Positions 37,614 to 47,473 of a stretch of 64,000 nucleotides of DNA are shown piece after piece (position 1 is the stretch's first letter; the number at the start of each line of letters is the position of its first letter). A program made the position numbers and the translations under genes. Below the pieces are notes generated by a model, which was not told the origin of the DNA, ran no database searches, and saw nothing but the letters and a program-made list of their open reading frames with translations. The stretch comes from Candidatus Latescibacterota bacterium (lineage in GTDB: Bacteria > Latescibacterota > UBA2968 > GCA-2709665): NCBI GenBank assembly GCA_965203805.1, contig OZ241917.1, positions 992,001-1,056,000 of the forward strand. Direction: 5' to 3'.

Positions 37614-38642
37614 ATGAATCGAGAATTTCCCATAATACCGACCAGCGTGATCGGAAGCTACGCGCTGCCAGGCTGGTTCTGGACAGCCGTGGACCATATC
37701 GAAAAGGGCGAGTACGGCCCTACCGACGCTCGAGAGACGTACGAAGACGCCACGCACCTCGCCGTGCTGGATCAGAAGAGAGCGGGCGTGGACCTGATTT
37801 CTGACGGCGAGATGCGGCGCTGGTTTTTTATCCAGAACTTTTACCGCCGGTTCAGCGGCCTTGCGTCACGACCCACGTTACGACGCACGGGCGTTTACGG
37901 ATACGACAGCGTCCCGCGCTGGTGGCCGGAAGAACGCATCAGCGTGCCCGATGGTCTTGGAATTGTCGAGGAGTTTCAATTCGCCAGGTCGGTTACCGAT
38001 CATCCGTTAAAGGCCACCTGCCCGGGACCGTTGACGCTTACCATACACATCCAGTTGAAAGACGACCACATTTACAAAGACCGGATCGAACTCGCGTACG
38101 AGTTCGCGGGCGTGGTAAACCGTGAATTGAAGCGGCTCGCCGCGGCCGGGGCGGAATTCATCCAGCTGGACGAACCCTCTTTTTCCATTGTGCCCGGAGA
38201 CGCCGGCAGCTGGATCGACCTGTTCAACGAGACCGTAAAGGGCGTTGACGCGAAGATCGGACTGCACATCTGTTTCGGTAACCTCGGCAGCCGCCCGAGG
38301 GGCAAACGCCGGTACGACTGGTTGATGGACGACATCCTGCGGGCCGATGCGCAACAGATTTCGCTGGAATTCGCCAATCGCGAACTCGCGGAACTGGAAC
38401 TCTGCGGGGAAATCGCTAAGGAGAAAGAGGTCGCCGCGGGCCTGGTCGACGTGAAGTCATTTTACGTTGAAACCCCCGACGACGTCGCTGAGCGGGTGCG
38501 CATGACGCTTCAGCACGTCCCGCCGGAGAAACTCACCGTCACACCCGATTGCGGTTTCTTCCAACTGCCCAGATGGCTGGCCTTTCAAAAACTCCGGAAT
38601 ATGGTCAAGGGCGTGGAGATTGTCCGCGGGGAATTGACGTGA
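37614..38642 (+). CDS. Cobalamin-independent methionine synthase II family, single-barrel (core MetE-like)
   Basis: TSVIGSY, ISDGEMRR, GPLT, IQLDEP; Zn ligands LHICFGN, LEF and TPDCG. Only about 342 aa. Confidence 0.88.
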   Translation: MNREFPIIPTSVIGSYALPGWFWTAVDHIEKGEYGPTDARETYEDATHLAVLDQKRAGVDLISDGEMRRWFFIQNFYRRFSGLASRPTLRRTGVYGYDSVPRWWPEERISVPDGLGIVEEFQFARSVTDHPLKATCPGPLTLTIHIQLKDDHIYKDRIELAYEFAGVVNRELKRLAAAGAEFIQLDEPSFSIVPGDAGSWIDLFNETVKGVDAKIGLHICFGNLGSRPRGKRRYDWLMDDILRADAQQISLEFANRELAELELCGEIAKEKEVAAGLVDVKSFYVETPDDVAERVRMTLQHVPPEKLTVTPDCGFFQLPRWLAFQKLRNMVKGVEIVRGELT

Positions 38643-38742
38643 CAGGCATTCCGGACGGAATACAACGGCTCCTTCGGTGGTCAACGTCCAGCCGTTTTCT
38701 GAAATACTCATTCCGACGCGTGAACGCGTAGAGGAACCCAAT

Positions 38743-39867
38743 ATGGATGTCGTAGAGATTACGGCCGACCTGGTTTCATACAACTCAGCCAGCCAGAACA
38801 GCAATACACCGGTGTCCGAGGCAATTGCCGGATGGCTGCACAAGGCCGGAATGTCGGTCGAGCGCGTCGATTACACGGACCGGGACGGCACGCCCAAGAC
38901 GAACGTTGTTGGGAAGAAAGGCAAGGGTCAGGGAGGCCTCGCCCTTCTCGCCCATTCAGACGTGGTTCCCGCCGAAGGATGGGATTCCGATCCGTTCAAG
39001 CTCAGGGACATACAGGGCCGACTCTACGGACGAGGCAGTGCCGATATGAAGGGGTCCGTCGCCTGTATGATCGGAGCTGCGAACGCCTTCACCGAGCAGG
39101 AGCTCAAGCTGCCGGTCTACGTGATTGTCACCGCCGACGAAGAAACCGACTGCGGCGGCGCCAGGGCCGTCGCGCTGAGATCGAAAACGCTTAAATCGTC
39201 CAAAGTCAGGTATGGAATCGTTGGCGAGCCAACGCTCCTGGACGTGGTATACGCTCACAAAGGCTCGCTCAAATTCGAAGCCACGGCAAAGGGAAAAGCG
39301 GCTCACAGCAGCACCGGCAAAGGGCTGAACGCCAACCATATTCTCATCCCGTTCCTGAACGACGTCGTCACGCTCGAGGAATCGCTGCGTACCGACCCGC
39401 GATATCGGAACGAGGCGTTCGATCCACCTCACGGGACATTGAATGTCGTCTTCTCGGATGGGGATACAGCGGCGAATGTCACGGCGCCGGTCAGCCGCGC
39501 AACCATCAACTGCCGACCTATGCCTGGCCAGAACTGGAAGCCCGTTATCGATCGCGTGACGAGGATGGCTGAGAAACACGGCGTCCAGATCAAGCTGCCC
39601 AAGACCCTGGATCCGCTCAGCACCCGGTTGGATTCTCCCATTGTGCGTGAGGCGCTGCAAATCACCGGAAAGAGAAAACCCAGGACCGTCGCATACGGAA
39701 CCGACGGCATGGTATTCGGCAAGACGATGGAACTGGTGGTCATGGGGCCAGGCAGCATCCAGCAGGCACACACCGTGGATGAGTGGATCGCCAGGGATCA
39801 ACTTCAAAAAGGTCTGGACGCATTTACGAAAATGGTACATCGTTTCTGCATCGAAGACCCCGTCTAG
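38743..39867 (+). CDS. M20 metallopeptidase, acetylornithine deacetylase (ArgE)-like
   Basis: LAHSDVVP, GRGSADMKG, TADEE, VGEPT, AHSS, YGTDG and GPGSIQQAHTVDEW. Confidence 0.88.
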   Translation: MDVVEITADLVSYNSASQNSNTPVSEAIAGWLHKAGMSVERVDYTDRDGTPKTNVVGKKGKGQGGLALLAHSDVVPAEGWDSDPFKLRDIQGRLYGRGSADMKGSVACMIGAANAFTEQELKLPVYVIVTADEETDCGGARAVALRSKTLKSSKVRYGIVGEPTLLDVVYAHKGSLKFEATAKGKAAHSSTGKGLNANHILIPFLNDVVTLEESLRTDPRYRNEAFDPPHGTLNVVFSDGDTAANVTAPVSRATINCRPMPGQNWKPVIDRVTRMAEKHGVQIKLPKTLDPLSTRLDSPIVREALQITGKRKPRTVAYGTDGMVFGKTMELVVMGPGSIQQAHTVDEWIARDQLQKGLDAFTKMVHRFCIEDPV

Positions 39868-40243
39868 CGTTAGCCTCAATTTGAAAAAAGAAAACCGGAA
39901 ATTGGCCACAAAAGGCACAAAAAGTATCCGTGCAAAGCGGCGTGTGCGGTAACGCGGTGACCCTGCAGTTATTTCCTCACCGGGCCGAAAAAGGTCGTCC
40001 GGAAGGACATTTTTTCCGTTCACGTCCAGTGACCTGAAGGATCATAGAAATCAGCAGTTAAATCGCCTTTATTCACTTGCACATTTTCGAATTAACGTCC
40101 CCGAATAATGACGAATCAAGGTTAATTGCTGCACTGTGGAAGACCGGGAACGACACATATCGCCGGTCTGTCAGGCAGGCAGGTTTCGGTCTTTACGTCG
40201 AAACGGAGACCGTTTCTCTCGACCGAGGCGAGGAGGACATTGG

Positions 40244-40804
40244 ATGTTCAAGACCCTGACCCGCGCTCTGCTCATCGGATCGTCAATGACCCTGACCTTC
40301 GGTTGCGCGGACGAGAATCTGTACCAGTTCGGATTGCGAGGCAAGTGGCAACTGGAATCGCGGCAGCTACCGGACGGGACAGTACTCGCGCCGCCCTCCG
40401 TGGGCGGCCACTACGAATGGTATCCTACGGGTAAGACGACGGCACACGTCACCGCATCTATCTCGCTCGGCCAGGACCGGATTCTGGTTTCAGGATATAC
40501 GTACGGGTTTCAATCGGAAGACCTGGTGGCACAATCCTTTACGCGCCGGGAATACCTGAACATCGGCGGCGGGTACGGTACGTCGCACGGGAAGACACAT
40601 GGATCGTCGGACGTTTCGACGGCCGGCCAGGTCGTCACGAACGGCAGCCGCGTTACCCTTGAACTCGCGAAGGGTCCGGCGCAGGTTTACGAGGACATCA
40701 GCGCCGAGGGATTCGATAGCGTCTTCTTTACAGTCAGGTTCGAAGACGGAACGACCGACACATGGCGACGCTTCGCGGACCAGCCGGGCGTTCTGCCGAA
40801 GTGA
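40244..40804 (+). CDS. Putative lipoprotein, lipocalin-like beta-barrel
   Basis: AGGAGG RBS; signal peptide ending TFGC; LRGKWQLES GxW motif; TWRR near the C-terminus. Confidence 0.65.
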   Translation: MFKTLTRALLIGSSMTLTFGCADENLYQFGLRGKWQLESRQLPDGTVLAPPSVGGHYEWYPTGKTTAHVTASISLGQDRILVSGYTYGFQSEDLVAQSFTRREYLNIGGGYGTSHGKTHGSSDVSTAGQVVTNGSRVTLELAKGPAQVYEDISAEGFDSVFFTVRFEDGTTDTWRRFADQPGVLPK

Positions 40805-40833
40805 TTCCGCCACATAGCCGGACCGACCAGACA

Positions 40834-40877
40834 CTTCAGGGGCGCGGTGACTTTTTCCGCGCCCCTGAGGCTTTATT
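40834..40877 (+). terminator. Strong hairpin / intrinsic terminator
   Basis: CTTCAGGGGCGCGG-N9-CCGCGCCCCTGAGG followed by CTTTATT. Confidence 0.7.
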
Positions 40878-40891
40878 CAGACGAGGCTTGG

Positions 40892-42433
40892 ATGGACGGG
40901 ATGTTGCTTGGAAATATCCTCCTTAAAAACGCTCGCGACCCCGGACTGAGCCGAAAGACGGCCATCATCTTCGGCAACAGCGCGCTGACGTACCGCGAAC
41001 TGAACGAGGAGAGCAATCGCGTTGCCAACGGCCTATTGGACCGCGGCGTACGAAAAGGCGATCGAATCGGTATGCTAAGCAGGAACTCCGAGGTCTACGT
41101 AGCGGTGTACTTCGCACTGGCCAAGCTTGGCGCCATTATGGTCCCTGTCAATTTCTGGTATCGCAGCCGGGAAATCCGGTATACGCTTCGTCAGTCCGGC
41201 GCCCGAGGCCTGATCTATCAGAACCGCTTCTCGGACGTCGTGGCAGGGGTCGGGGACCTGACCGGACTGGAATGGACGCTCACCATCGGCGACAGCCGCG
41301 GCAATCGACTGGAGGACGTGGCGGCCGGATCCCCGTCCCACGAGCCCGGAGTCGAGCTCGACGAGAACGATCCGCATATCATTCTCTACACGAGTGGCAC
41401 GACGGGGTTTCCCAAAGGCGCGGTTTTCTCGCACAAGAGCCATTACCTTCAGGCCCTCTCTCTCGCCATGTCGACGGGAGGCAACGGTGACGACGTCGGC
41501 CTCGTCGTCTACCCGCTCTTCCACACCGGCGGACCGGACTGCCTGGTGCTGCCCCATTTCCTGTCAGGCGCTACCCTCGTCATTCTGGACGGCGCGGATC
41601 CCGACGCCATTCTTTCGGCCACCGCGTTGCACGGGGCAACCAACATTTTCTGCGTACCGACGGTCTGGCGCTGGATCCTTGCACACCAGCAGCGTCGAAA
41701 CTTCGACCTCACTTCGGTCCGGCGCTGTCTGGGGTCGTCGGATACATTCCCGATGGCGCTGCTCGAAGATATTATGGCCACGTTCGAGTCCGACGTCTAC
41801 GTTACGTACGGGCTTACCGAAGCAGGCTGCATCCTGACGGTCTGCCGCCTGACGGCAGACGACCTCGGCAAACTCGGTTCGGTGGGCCGACCCATGCCCT
41901 CGGTCGAACTCAACGTTCTGGATTCATCCGGCGGTCCGGTAACTCCAGGGGAAGTGGGGGAGGTTGTTGCGAAGACGGCGTCTGCAATGCTTGAATACTG
42001 GAACATGCCGGCAAAAACAGCGGAGGCGCTGAGAGACGGCTGGCTGCACACCGGAGACATGGGCAGAGTAGACAACGACGGCTTTCTCTACCTGTCCGGC
42101 CGGGCGAAGGATCTGATCATCAGCGGAGGGGAGAATATCTACCCACTGGAAATCGAACGCCTGTTGAGAGAACATCCGCAAATCCGCGATGCCGCCGTGG
42201 TTGGAATCCCGGACAGGGAGTGGGGCGAGTCCGTGCTGGCGGCGGTCGTGCCGAGTGATGGCGCACGACTCTCACCCGGCGAGGTCGCCGGGTACGTTGG
42301 CGAACACCTGGCGGGATTCAAGAAACCCAGATGGGTGGAAATCCTGGGCGAACTCCCGGTAACGACTGCGACGGGGAAAGTGCAGAAAGTCGTATTGAGA
42401 GAACGGTTTCAACGGAAGTACGGCACGGCGTGA
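40892..42433 (+). CDS. Acyl-CoA synthetase (AMP-forming ANL family)
   Basis: YTSGTTGFPKG, YGLTE, WLHTGD, GRAKDLIISGGENIYP and GKVQK. Confidence 0.93.
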   Translation: MDGMLLGNILLKNARDPGLSRKTAIIFGNSALTYRELNEESNRVANGLLDRGVRKGDRIGMLSRNSEVYVAVYFALAKLGAIMVPVNFWYRSREIRYTLRQSGARGLIYQNRFSDVVAGVGDLTGLEWTLTIGDSRGNRLEDVAAGSPSHEPGVELDENDPHIILYTSGTTGFPKGAVFSHKSHYLQALSLAMSTGGNGDDVGLVVYPLFHTGGPDCLVLPHFLSGATLVILDGADPDAILSATALHGATNIFCVPTVWRWILAHQQRRNFDLTSVRRCLGSSDTFPMALLEDIMATFESDVYVTYGLTEAGCILTVCRLTADDLGKLGSVGRPMPSVELNVLDSSGGPVTPGEVGEVVAKTASAMLEYWNMPAKTAEALRDGWLHTGDMGRVDNDGFLYLSGRAKDLIISGGENIYPLEIERLLREHPQIRDAAVVGIPDREWGESVLAAVVPSDGARLSPGEVAGYVGEHLAGFKKPRWVEILGELPVTTATGKVQKVVLRERFQRKYGTA

Positions 42434-42439
42434 GGCGCA

Positions 42440-43342
42440 TCAGCGATCATTAGGGATCCTGGTACCGCTCAGATGTTCGGCGGCCTTGCAGACCGCGGAA
42501 AAATCCAGGCTGCCCGCGCCAAGACCGCTGGCGGCAGCGTACATCTGATAAGCCGCCGCCCCGATCGGCATCGGCACGTTCAGTGCCTTGCCGAGATCCA
42601 CGCCGATCGCCAGGTCTTTTTTCATCAGATCCAGCATAAATCCAGGATCGAAAGCATCCGCCAGCAGGAAGTCCGATACACGGATCTGAAACAACGTCGA
42701 GTTGGCCGAACTCACACTGATGACCTGGCGCATCACTTCAGGGTCCGCACCTGCTCTGATGCCGAGGATCAACCCCTCGGCGATGGCCGCCATGTTGATG
42801 CCGCCGATCAGCTGATTGACGATCTTTACGGTCTGTCCCACGCCCACGGACCCGACGTGGAAGATGTTTTCCTCGTTGCCCATCGCGTTGAACAACCCCC
42901 GGCACCGATCGAAGTCCTTCGCTTCTCCACCGGCGATGATCGTCAATGTGCCGTTAATCGCTCCCGTATCTCCCCCGCTCACGGGTGCATCCATCACCGC
43001 CACGTTCTTTGAACCTGCCTTCTCCGCAATCTCCCCGATCGTGAGTGGTGAAATGGTACTCATGTCCACGATGAGGCTGCCTTCGGATGCGCCTTGCAGC
43101 ACGCCGTCGTCGCCGAGGACCACTTCCCGCACTTCCGGGTCCGCCGTAACGATCGTAATCACGATGTCGGTGGCTTCGGCCACGGCCGCGGGAGACTCGA
43201 CCACACTCGCCCCCAACCCCTCCATTTCGGCAATGACTTCGGGCCGGCGCGCGTAGATTGTGAGATCGTACCCGGCCTTGATGAGATTAATCGCCATTGG
43301 CTTGCCCATGATGCCCAGTCCGATAAACCCGACTTTCTCCAT
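42440..43342 (-). CDS. beta-hydroxyacid dehydrogenase (tartronate semialdehyde reductase / 3-hydroxyisobutyrate DH family)
   Basis: VGFIGLGIMGKPMA, DAPVSGG, KIVNQ and MKKDL. Confidence 0.9.
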   Translation of the reverse strand: MEKVGFIGLGIMGKPMAINLIKAGYDLTIYARRPEVIAEMEGLGASVVESPAAVAEATDIVITIVTADPEVREVVLGDDGVLQGASEGSLIVDMSTISPLTIGEIAEKAGSKNVAVMDAPVSGGDTGAINGTLTIIAGGEAKDFDRCRGLFNAMGNEENIFHVGSVGVGQTVKIVNQLIGGINMAAIAEGLILGIRAGADPEVMRQVISVSSANSTLFQIRVSDFLLADAFDPGFMLDLMKKDLAIGVDLGKALNVPMPIGAAAYQMYAAASGLGAGSLDFSAVCKAAEHLSGTRIPNDR

Positions 43343-43448
43343 CTGAACCTCCTCTTGTTTTTGTCTGCCAGGACCGCTGACCGGCGTCGCCGGACTCTCT
43401 GACGAGATCCGGAAACGACGGGCTGAAGCGATAGAGGGCGCCTTCCGG

Positions 43449-44528
43449 TCAACCGCTCTCAATGGGACGTGTCTGCAGGACCATCAATTGACCCACAGGG
43501 TTTTCGACAGCCCCCAGCGGCCGCTGCTTCTCCGCAGACCAGATGTCGTTTGCCGTTATGTAGAAGTGCCCGCCGGCTATCTTACTGTAACACATCTGGG
43601 GATATCGACCCTGCGAATCGTCGGGAAACAGCATGTCGAATGTATCGCTTTCGGGATGATAGGCGAGGAACCGGTCCATAAAGTGGTAGGGAAACCCGTC
43701 CACACCGGTGTAAGGATCGTCTTTCAACGGAATGTACGTTCCGGTCGCCTCGTCGTATCTGAATCCTGAATCGTACGTGCTCAATGTGTTCAACTGCCAC
43801 CCCCGGTAACAGACCCCGCCGCCAATAAACCCGAAATCCTCCTTCCATCCGGGCACCGCCCGCTCATACACCTCTCCCGTCTGCCGGTCCAGCCGGAACA
43901 GACGACCCTCCCTGTAATTCACGACATATCGTTCCGCCGGTTCACCGGGCCGTGAGGGCGGAATCGAGTCGGAGTCTTCCGCCACGAACCGTTGCGATTC
44001 AGGATCCCAGTAAACGCGGCGCGCCAACCGTTCAGTACCCGGAACGCTGAAGACTTCCAGCCTGTCGGGCCAATCCACGTCCACAATCGATGGCAGCACG
44101 CCCGGCTCAGGGTACGTACTTATCGCCGCACGGTCCTCCTCGACGTGCCAGATTACCAGGCAAGGCCTGGACCGTTCCGGCAGGTACAGCACGTTTCGCG
44201 CCTTATCCGCATGACCGTACCAGAGATTCGCATCGGGAAACGGCTTGTCGACCTGGTACACACGTTCCTCCGCAACCTCGAATACCGTCAGTTTCTCGTT
44301 CGTCTGCGGAAGCACATAGACCTTGCCGCCGGCGCACAGACACTGGCTTCCTCCATGTTTTTCGGGAATCGAAATCGTGTCGATCCGCCCGGATTCCGGC
44401 TGGTACCTGTGGAGGAAAGGCAGACTGCCCGTAAACCAGAGGGCGCCGAAGTCATCGTCGTCAATCCCGTACACCCGGGTATTCTTCGCGTCGACCCAGA
44501 CGGGATACATCCTCGGCAACTCAGGCAT
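43449..44528 (-). CDS. Hypothetical protein, possibly beta-propeller
   Basis: 359-aa ORF with GAGGAG RBS and normal composition; repeated short aromatic beta-strand motifs (LWF, VYV, LYL, LFRLD). Confidence 0.65.
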   Translation of the reverse strand: MPELPRMYPVWVDAKNTRVYGIDDDDFGALWFTGSLPFLHRYQPESGRIDTISIPEKHGGSQCLCAGGKVYVLPQTNEKLTVFEVAEERVYQVDKPFPDANLWYGHADKARNVLYLPERSRPCLVIWHVEEDRAAISTYPEPGVLPSIVDVDWPDRLEVFSVPGTERLARRVYWDPESQRFVAEDSDSIPPSRPGEPAERYVVNYREGRLFRLDRQTGEVYERAVPGWKEDFGFIGGGVCYRGWQLNTLSTYDSGFRYDEATGTYIPLKDDPYTGVDGFPYHFMDRFLAYHPESDTFDMLFPDDSQGRYPQMCYSKIAGGHFYITANDIWSAEKQRPLGAVENPVGQLMVLQTRPIESG

Positions 44529-44648
44529 CTCTTCTCCTCATCCAACGGATAACGAGTACGGAAGGACCCCGGGCGCAGACCCCCGCCTGCCTCGAGGACG
44601 GGAAGTTCCGGACGGCGCTGCAGGCATCCCGACATTCATGGATTCGGC

Positions 44649-44691
44649 TTGACTTTCGTGTATTACTAGTTACCATTGGGCTTTCTGTCAA
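44649..44691. promoter_or_regulatory. Overlapping oppositely oriented sigma70 promoters
   Basis: Plus strand: TTGACT (44649), 16 nt, TACCAT. Minus strand: TTGACA (44691-44686), 17 nt, TAGTAA. Confidence 0.5.
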
Positions 44692-44781
44692 CGTGAATCT
44701 CCACGCCGCGATCAAGGCTGTCCGGAATCCGCCGACCGGGGATTCATCGGCAACCGGTACGGCTTTGCGATTAACGGAATC

Positions 44782-46311
44782 ATGTCCCAACTTCCACTTC
44801 TGGCCGGAATCGACGTCGGCACCACGAACGTCAAGGCGCTCGTCTTCGACACCGCCGGCCGTGTTCAGGCCTGCGCCAGCGCGCCGACGCCTACACATCA
44901 CCCTCGACCCGGCTGGGCTTACCACAAACCGGATGAATTATGGTCGTGCGCGATAAATGCGCTTCGGAACGCGGTGTCACAACTGGACGCATCCGACCCG
45001 ATCTCCAGCATCGCCGTTTCGAGTATGGCCGAATCGGGCGTGCCGCTCGACGCGGTAGACCAACCTGTTGACGACATCATCGCATGGTTCGACGGGCGGA
45101 CGTCACGCCAGGCCGAGTGGCTGAACAGGACCGTCGGCGGCGAGCGAATCTACGGCATTACGGGATTGCCTGTAAAGCCCATTTTCGGTCTCTGCAAGAT
45201 CCTCTGGTTTAAGGAAAACAACCCGGACGGCTTCAGGAAAACCGTCTCGTGGCTGAACGTTGCAGACTACATCGCGTTTCGACTGTGCGGCCATAAGGCG
45301 ACCGACTATTCCCTTGCTTCACGGACGCTTGCCTTCGACCTCAAGACGCTGGATTGGCATCCCGGTCTGCTGGACGAAGCGGGAGTTTCTCCGCGTCTGT
45401 TTGCGCAGGCGCTGCCCTCCGGCACGGCGCTCGGCCGCATCCTGCCCGAAATCGCTCGCTTTACCGGACTCCCACCCGACGTGCAGGTCGCGACAGGCGG
45501 ACACGACCACATATGCGGTGCACTTGCCGCCGGCGCAACCGAACCGGATACGCTCCTCAATTCCCTGGGCACCGCGGAAGCCCTCTGTATCGCGAGCCGG
45601 CACCCCTTGCTCAGCGACCGGATTGCGAAACAGGGATACACAACCGGCGCCCACGTGGCAACGGGGAGATTCTACGTCCTCGGCAGTATCTATACGTCAG
45701 GCGCGGCCGTAGAGTGGATCCGCGGCCTCGCAGGCCGAAACGTGGAATACGGCACCCTCGTTTCCGAAGCTGAATCGGTGCCGCCCGGAAGCCTGGGCGT
45801 CCACTTCCAGCCGCACCTGCGCCTGGGCAATCCTCCGCACAACGATCCCGCGTCGCGAGCCGCGTTTATCGGTCTCACCGCCGACGTCACCCGCGGTACC
45901 CTGTTTCGCGCCGTGCTCGAAGGGTTGGCCTACGAGTCCAGGCTCTGCCTGGACGCCATCGTGTCGCAACCGGGAATCTGCAGGCCGGAACGAATCGTCG
46001 CCATCGGCGGGAACACCCGCAACCGGCTACTCATGCAAATCAAGAGTTCGGTGTTCAACCAGAGGATCTCGATCGCCGAGGTGGAGGAATCCGTTGCCCT
46101 GGGGGCAGCGGTTCTGGGAGGCCTCGGCGCCGGCGTTTACTCAGACGTCGACGCCGCATTGAAAACTCTGAGATACGACCGTTGGACAGTCGACCCCGAC
46201 GTTGAGCAGGCGGCGGTCTACGAGACCGCATTTCAGTCCATATACAGGGAAATCTTCCCCTCACTCGAGTCGCTGCACCACAGGGCAGGAGACATCCGGC
46301 ACAGGAACTGA
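44782..46311 (+). CDS. FGGY family carbohydrate kinase
   Basis: GIDVGTTNVKA, WFDGRT, TDYSLASRT, GGHDHICGA, RAVLEGLAY and ALGAAVL. Confidence 0.92.
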   Translation: MSQLPLLAGIDVGTTNVKALVFDTAGRVQACASAPTPTHHPRPGWAYHKPDELWSCAINALRNAVSQLDASDPISSIAVSSMAESGVPLDAVDQPVDDIIAWFDGRTSRQAEWLNRTVGGERIYGITGLPVKPIFGLCKILWFKENNPDGFRKTVSWLNVADYIAFRLCGHKATDYSLASRTLAFDLKTLDWHPGLLDEAGVSPRLFAQALPSGTALGRILPEIARFTGLPPDVQVATGGHDHICGALAAGATEPDTLLNSLGTAEALCIASRHPLLSDRIAKQGYTTGAHVATGRFYVLGSIYTSGAAVEWIRGLAGRNVEYGTLVSEAESVPPGSLGVHFQPHLRLGNPPHNDPASRAAFIGLTADVTRGTLFRAVLEGLAYESRLCLDAIVSQPGICRPERIVAIGGNTRNRLLMQIKSSVFNQRISIAEVEESVALGAAVLGGLGAGVYSDVDAALKTLRYDRWTVDPDVEQAAVYETAFQSIYREIFPSLESLHHRAGDIRHRN

Positions 46312-46484
46312 AGGGAAGGCAATCCGCCCGCGGATGGGACGCGAACGGCCGACCTGCAATACCTCGCTGCACCGGGCTTCTCTTACGCCGGCGATACTTC
46401 AGGATCTGGCGAACGAGATGTTGTTCCGGTTTCGACCCTCCCTAATCAACCGTCGCATCGTACCGAATGCAACCGGGAGTCCAT

Positions 46485-47471
46485 ATGTACACGATCACCT
46501 GCGCCGTCGTGGGGTACGGCGGCATCGCGGGCTTTCACACGCGGGCATTCAGGCGAATTCCGGGAGTTCGGCTTCGAACCGTCGTCGGTCGCAGACCCGA
46601 ACCCGCCGAGACATTCCGGGACGCCTGGGATTTTGAGAATGCCACGACCCGTTATGAAGACGTGCTGGGCGACCGTGAGATCGATGCGGTCGTAATCGCC
46701 TCCCCCAGCGAGGTACATTACGATCAGACCCGGATGGCTCTGGAATCCGGCAAGCACGTCCTGGTTGAGATCCCTCTGGCGCTGTCTCACAAAGGCGCCG
46801 CCGAAATTGCCGGCCTCGCGGAAAAGTCCGGCAGGAGACTGCTGGTTGCCCATACCCGCCGTTTCAACCGTGCGGGTCGGTTTGTCAGGGATTTTATCGC
46901 GAACGGCACGGCAGGCCACGTGCACCAGCACCATATTCACGAATTTCAGTTACGCCACGACAACGTCGGCTGGACCGGCTACAGGCGGAGTTGGACGGAC
47001 GACGTCCTGTTCCACCACGGTTGCCATGTGCTCGACTACTCCCTGTGGACCATCGACGAACCCGTCCGCCGGATTCGCGGCGAACTCAGCCCGCTCGACG
47101 CCGCAACCGGCACGTCGCTCGACGTCAGCATGCTCGTTCGTTACACCTCGGAAACCATTGCGGCGCTCAGTCTTTCCTACAATGCCCGTACGGGCGTCAA
47201 TAACAATGTCTACCTTTGCGACGCGGGCACTCTCGTCGTCTCGGGCAATCATGTCACGCTTAACGGCAAGACCCTCTTCAATAGCGACGACACCCTCGAC
47301 GACGACGTACTGGTCCAGAACGTCGAATTCATCGAATCGATCCGTGAGGACAGACATCCTCAATGCAGCGCGGTCCAAGCCCTGGAAGCCCTGGATCTGC
47401 TCCAGCAGATTTACGATCAGTCAATTACGATTGAGAACCCGGACAAATACAAACGGATGTGGGAGAATTAA
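46485..47471 (+). CDS. Gfo/Idh/MocA oxidoreductase, LigC-like
   Basis: VVGYGGIA, HVLVEIPLA, AHTRRFN, RSWTDDVLFHHGCHVLD and LSLSYN. Confidence 0.85.
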   Translation: MYTITCAVVGYGGIAGFHTRAFRRIPGVRLRTVVGRRPEPAETFRDAWDFENATTRYEDVLGDREIDAVVIASPSEVHYDQTRMALESGKHVLVEIPLALSHKGAAEIAGLAEKSGRRLLVAHTRRFNRAGRFVRDFIANGTAGHVHQHHIHEFQLRHDNVGWTGYRRSWTDDVLFHHGCHVLDYSLWTIDEPVRRIRGELSPLDAATGTSLDVSMLVRYTSETIAALSLSYNARTGVNNNVYLCDAGTLVVSGNHVTLNGKTLFNSDDTLDDDVLVQNVEFIESIREDRHPQCSAVQALEALDLLQQIYDQSITIENPDKYKRMWEN

Positions 47472-47473
47472 TG

